A stretch of 62,610 nt of DNA, counting the filler. It is 4 parts of 4 records of this genome, joined end to end, with 100 filler letters (N's around TTAATTAATTAA, not from the genome) between each part and the next. Parts side by side here need not be neighbours in the genome. Positions count along the whole stretch, not along the records: positions 44,176 to 62,610 come from SRR31156797_19612; 3 more parts are not named here. The stretch is one strand, 5' to 3'. The translations under genes and the position numbers were made by a program. Under the pieces are notes generated by a model. That model was not told the DNA's origin. It was given only the letters and a program-made list of their open reading frames with translations, and made no database searches. Shown here piece by piece: positions 59,742 to 62,610 of this stretch. Position 1 is the first letter of the stretch. Each line of letters starts with the position of its first letter.

Positions 59742-61529
59742 ATGCGGACATTGCGTATCGGGCTGGGCGCCCTGTCGCTGGTTTTTGCCTCATCGCAGGC
59801 CTTCGCATATGACGTTACAGAAGATGACGGAGCAACCGCGGCAACGGAGCCGTATAAAACGATCACAGTTCAAGCATCGGAATTTATAAACGGAGACAGT
59901 CTTGTTTTAGGTAGAAGCGGATCGCCCGCCTTTGCCGTCGGCGATACCATCGAGATTACGTTGAGTGGCGGCGCGACTTTTGCCGACAGCACCATCGTTC
60001 TTGAGAACTCCTCAGGCGGTGCCGGCACCGGCGCCCTTACGGACGCCGTCGTGCAAACGGGTTCTCCGGCCGGCAAGTCGACGATCAGATACACCCTGCA
60101 GAACAACAGCGGAAACATTGCTACAACAGTAGGGTATATTTTGAGCGGCGATACTATTGCAGGTCAACGCGTTAACTTTAACCTGCCTCAGGTTCACGGC
60201 AGGGATATCTATATTACTTTTACGGTGCGTAATTCGGGAGGCGCGTTGAAAGGCAGCGTGCGGCATTTGCTGTTTGACAATACTCTGGCTCGAGGCTCAA
60301 CCGCAGCTGAATCCCAAAGCGCGGTCCAAAATGTGTTGGCGACACACATTCGAAACATGACGGCCCAGAGTGTCGGGCTATCCGGTTTGATGACGGGACG
60401 CGGATTTGGCGGCGGCAACGCCGGCAACCTGAGCGGTCTGTTCGGAAATTCCGAACCCCTGAACAAGTTTATGGCCGCAGCTCCGGAGATCAGCCTGCCC
60501 GTCTCAGTGGAGATGTTGGGCGGGCAAGGCAATTTCGCCGCAAGTTTGAATCAAATAAAAGCCTGGGACGGAAGCCTTGGCATCGGCGAACAGAAGTCCG
60601 GCGGCATGCCGCCAAGCCAACTTGTCGATATGGACACTCCTTTCAATGTCTGGATCAAGGGGCGTTGGCAAGGCTTTACGGATACCCGTGGCGGATCAAA
60701 GGGTGAGGGTGATTTCGGTTTGCTTATGACGGGGGCGGACTACCGCTATAGCGAAAACACCCTGATCGGCCTTCTCGCACAGTTTGATTTATACAATCAA
60801 ACCGCCACCGGCCAGGACAGCAGAGGCAAGGGACATGGCTGGATGTTTGGGCCCTATCTTGTCACGCGCCCGGTCGACAATCTGATTTGGGATGCCCGGA
60901 TCGCCTGGGGAATGTCGAAAAACAAGATCGATCCATCGGGCTTTGGCTGGGAGAAATTCGACGGTGAGCGTTGGCAGTTCGAGACAAACCTGACCGGCGA
61001 ATTTGAATACCAGGACTGGGATATCTTCCCGCAGTTGGGGATGACCTACTTCGAGGAAGAACAGCAGGCTTACACCAACCCCAACGCAAGCATTAACGGA
61101 ATCGAAGTTGGATCGCAGACTGTCGGGGTCGGCAATCTTAGCTTCGGCCCCGAGGTTTCACGTTCCTGGGAACAGTCGGAGGACATCACCTTACGTCCTT
61201 TTGCGGCCTTCAGAGGAATATGGGATTTCGAAGCCCCCGACATCGCCCACACCGACGGCAGCAGCATCAACACGGAAAAGCTGCGGGCGAGAGTCGAGTT
61301 CGGAGGGGACGTCACTTTTAAAGACAGCAGCAGCGTATATGCCAAATATACCTATGACGGGATCGGTCTGGCCGGCTACGAGGCGCACAGCCTGGAACTC
61401 ATCGCCAGCACTCCGGTTGATTTCGGGTTCTTGCCGCTTGGCGGTAATTTGAAAAGTTCCTTTAGCCAGTCCGTAAGTGAAATTAACACAAGCCAATTCA
61501 AGCTTAACTTGGATGTGCCCTTGAATTAG
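59742..61529 (+). CDS. Autotransporter beta-domain outer-membrane protein with short passenger
   Basis: Signal peptide (AFA), beta-rich passenger, then W.KGRW, GADYR..E..LIGLLAQFD and GWMFGPY amphipathic strands. Confidence 0.8.
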   Translation: MRTLRIGLGALSLVFASSQAFAYDVTEDDGATAATEPYKTITVQASEFINGDSLVLGRSGSPAFAVGDTIEITLSGGATFADSTIVLENSSGGAGTGALTDAVVQTGSPAGKSTIRYTLQNNSGNIATTVGYILSGDTIAGQRVNFNLPQVHGRDIYITFTVRNSGGALKGSVRHLLFDNTLARGSTAAESQSAVQNVLATHIRNMTAQSVGLSGLMTGRGFGGGNAGNLSGLFGNSEPLNKFMAAAPEISLPVSVEMLGGQGNFAASLNQIKAWDGSLGIGEQKSGGMPPSQLVDMDTPFNVWIKGRWQGFTDTRGGSKGEGDFGLLMTGADYRYSENTLIGLLAQFDLYNQTATGQDSRGKGHGWMFGPYLVTRPVDNLIWDARIAWGMSKNKIDPSGFGWEKFDGERWQFETNLTGEFEYQDWDIFPQLGMTYFEEEQQAYTNPNASINGIEVGSQTVGVGNLSFGPEVSRSWEQSEDITLRPFAAFRGIWDFEAPDIAHTDGSSINTEKLRARVEFGGDVTFKDSSSVYAKYTYDGIGLAGYEAHSLELIASTPVDFGFLPLGGNLKSSFSQSVSEINTSQFKLNLDVPLN

Positions 61530-61571
61530 GGCGCGTCGGAGTCAAACGGTTCCTACTGACCCCAACACGTT

Positions 61572-62285
61572 TTAGAACAGCCGTCCGATTCCGATCAGGC
61601 CGTTGGCGTCGGCCGCCAGATTGAAGCGCTTGGCGCTGCGCAGTTCCTCGCCGTATGACGCACCGTGGATTTTTCGCGGATCGGTTTTTCTGGGCGGGTT
61701 GACCGCGATGCCGCTGGTATCCAATGCGAAAAGGGCCTCGGGGAACGTCAACTTGGCGAACCGTTCCGACGGATAGGCATAGGCGTTGAACCGAAACCGT
61801 CCGTTTTCGCAGGCCGAGACCACCCAATAGAAATTGTCGGAATGAAGCTGGATCCGCCCGGTCAGCGGCGTCTCGAAGCCGCTTTCCGTCAGGGATCGGC
61901 GAATTTGCCTGAATTCCGTGTCCGTCAATTGCCTTTCGAACGCCTTCGCGCGCCATGGCGACAGCAGGTCGAGCGGATTTTCCAGCCTGATCTTGGAAAG
62001 GTCGGGGCGGCCGGCAACACGGGTCCGCAGGACCGTTCGTCCGTCGTTGGCCACCGTCAAGTCGTAGGCCCGCACCTGTTCGACATAAACCCCGTTATAG
62101 ACCATGCGGTACCGATCGATGCCGTCATTGCCGCAGCCGTATCCGATGTCGTCGCCGTTAAGATAGCTGTACCAAGACAGATTGCGTTCGACCGGCGTCG
62201 TCGTTTCGCCATCGTAGGCACAGCCGGCAATAACCAACCCGGATAAAACGATTGCGGCCGTCCGGCCAATCCACGTGTCTCCCAT
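61572..62285 (-). CDS. Uncharacterised lipoprotein
   Basis: Lipobox IAGC; WYSYLNGDDI...C and RYRMVYNG.Y.EQVR.YD. ATG after GGGAGGA. Confidence 0.7.
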   Translation of the reverse strand: MGDTWIGRTAAIVLSGLVIAGCAYDGETTTPVERNLSWYSYLNGDDIGYGCGNDGIDRYRMVYNGVYVEQVRAYDLTVANDGRTVLRTRVAGRPDLSKIRLENPLDLLSPWRAKAFERQLTDTEFRQIRRSLTESGFETPLTGRIQLHSDNFYWVVSACENGRFRFNAYAYPSERFAKLTFPEALFALDTSGIAVNPPRKTDPRKIHGASYGEELRSAKRFNLAADANGLIGIGRLF

Positions 62286-62610
62286 TCGATCCTCCCGACG
62301 ATGCCAACGATCCGCTGGCAATATAGTGCAACTCAAGACAGGCCGTTTCAAACCATTGCTTGAACGGCCCGTTCGTTCAAAACCTGATATGACAGGTTTT
62401 GGTCTGCCCTTGTTTTTCGAATCGGCCGGCTTTTGGCGGGTTTCGGCCGTGATTGCAACGCCAGCCGGAAAAGCCCGGAATTCCGGGCCTGTGACGGCCG
62501 TCACAGCCATATTACCGCAAGTTTTGATAATGTTTCTCAGGTTCGAACAGGTGCCGGTGCGCCTGCGCGCAGCCAACTGTTTGAAATATATGGATAAAAT
62601 TTTATGGAAA

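Overview
The window is not one locus. It is four unrelated contigs joined by artificial 100-nt spacers (N44-TTAATTAATTAA-N44 at 18061-18160, 32620-32719 and 44076-44175). Contig 1 (1-18060) is strongly AT-rich and probably Fusobacteriota-like. It holds the 5' half of a SAM-I riboswitch behind a perfect sigma70 promoter, two GGDEF proteins, a MORN protein, NUDIX-ung, a DegP-type protease, the panG-like/panB/panC/panD operon, a CheY-like regulator and smg-topA-trmFO-xerC-hslV-yqeH. It ends in an IS200/IS605-like hairpin. Contig 2 (18161-32619) looks Desulfobacterota-like. It holds a STAS-cheY-cheA-MCP-MCP-cheW-cheR chemosensory cluster, a signal peptidase I, nhaA and several uncharacterised or decayed genes. 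Contig 3 (32720-44075) is GC-rich and alphaproteobacterial: cytochrome c, mtnP, a lipoprotein protease/TraT-like pair, ychF-pth-rplY-prs and ggt. Contig 4 (44176-62610) is also GC-rich and alphaproteobacterial: oxidative-type dsrAB, a DHH phosphoesterase, CtpA, a class III cyclase and an autotransporter. The best candidate for an undescribed system is in contig 4. It is a co-directional TRAP transporter (dctPQM), an ICL/PEP-mutase-family lyase, an MtnK-like kinase and a translationally coupled enolase paralogue. The enolase keeps its catalytic, metal and phosphate residues but has the C3-pocket residues swapped (SHRS->SARS, QEF->QDF). This suggests an uncharacterised phosphorylate-then-eliminate catabolic route for a C3-substituted 2-hydroxy acid. 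All taxonomic labels and functions are inferred from motifs by eye; no searches were run.
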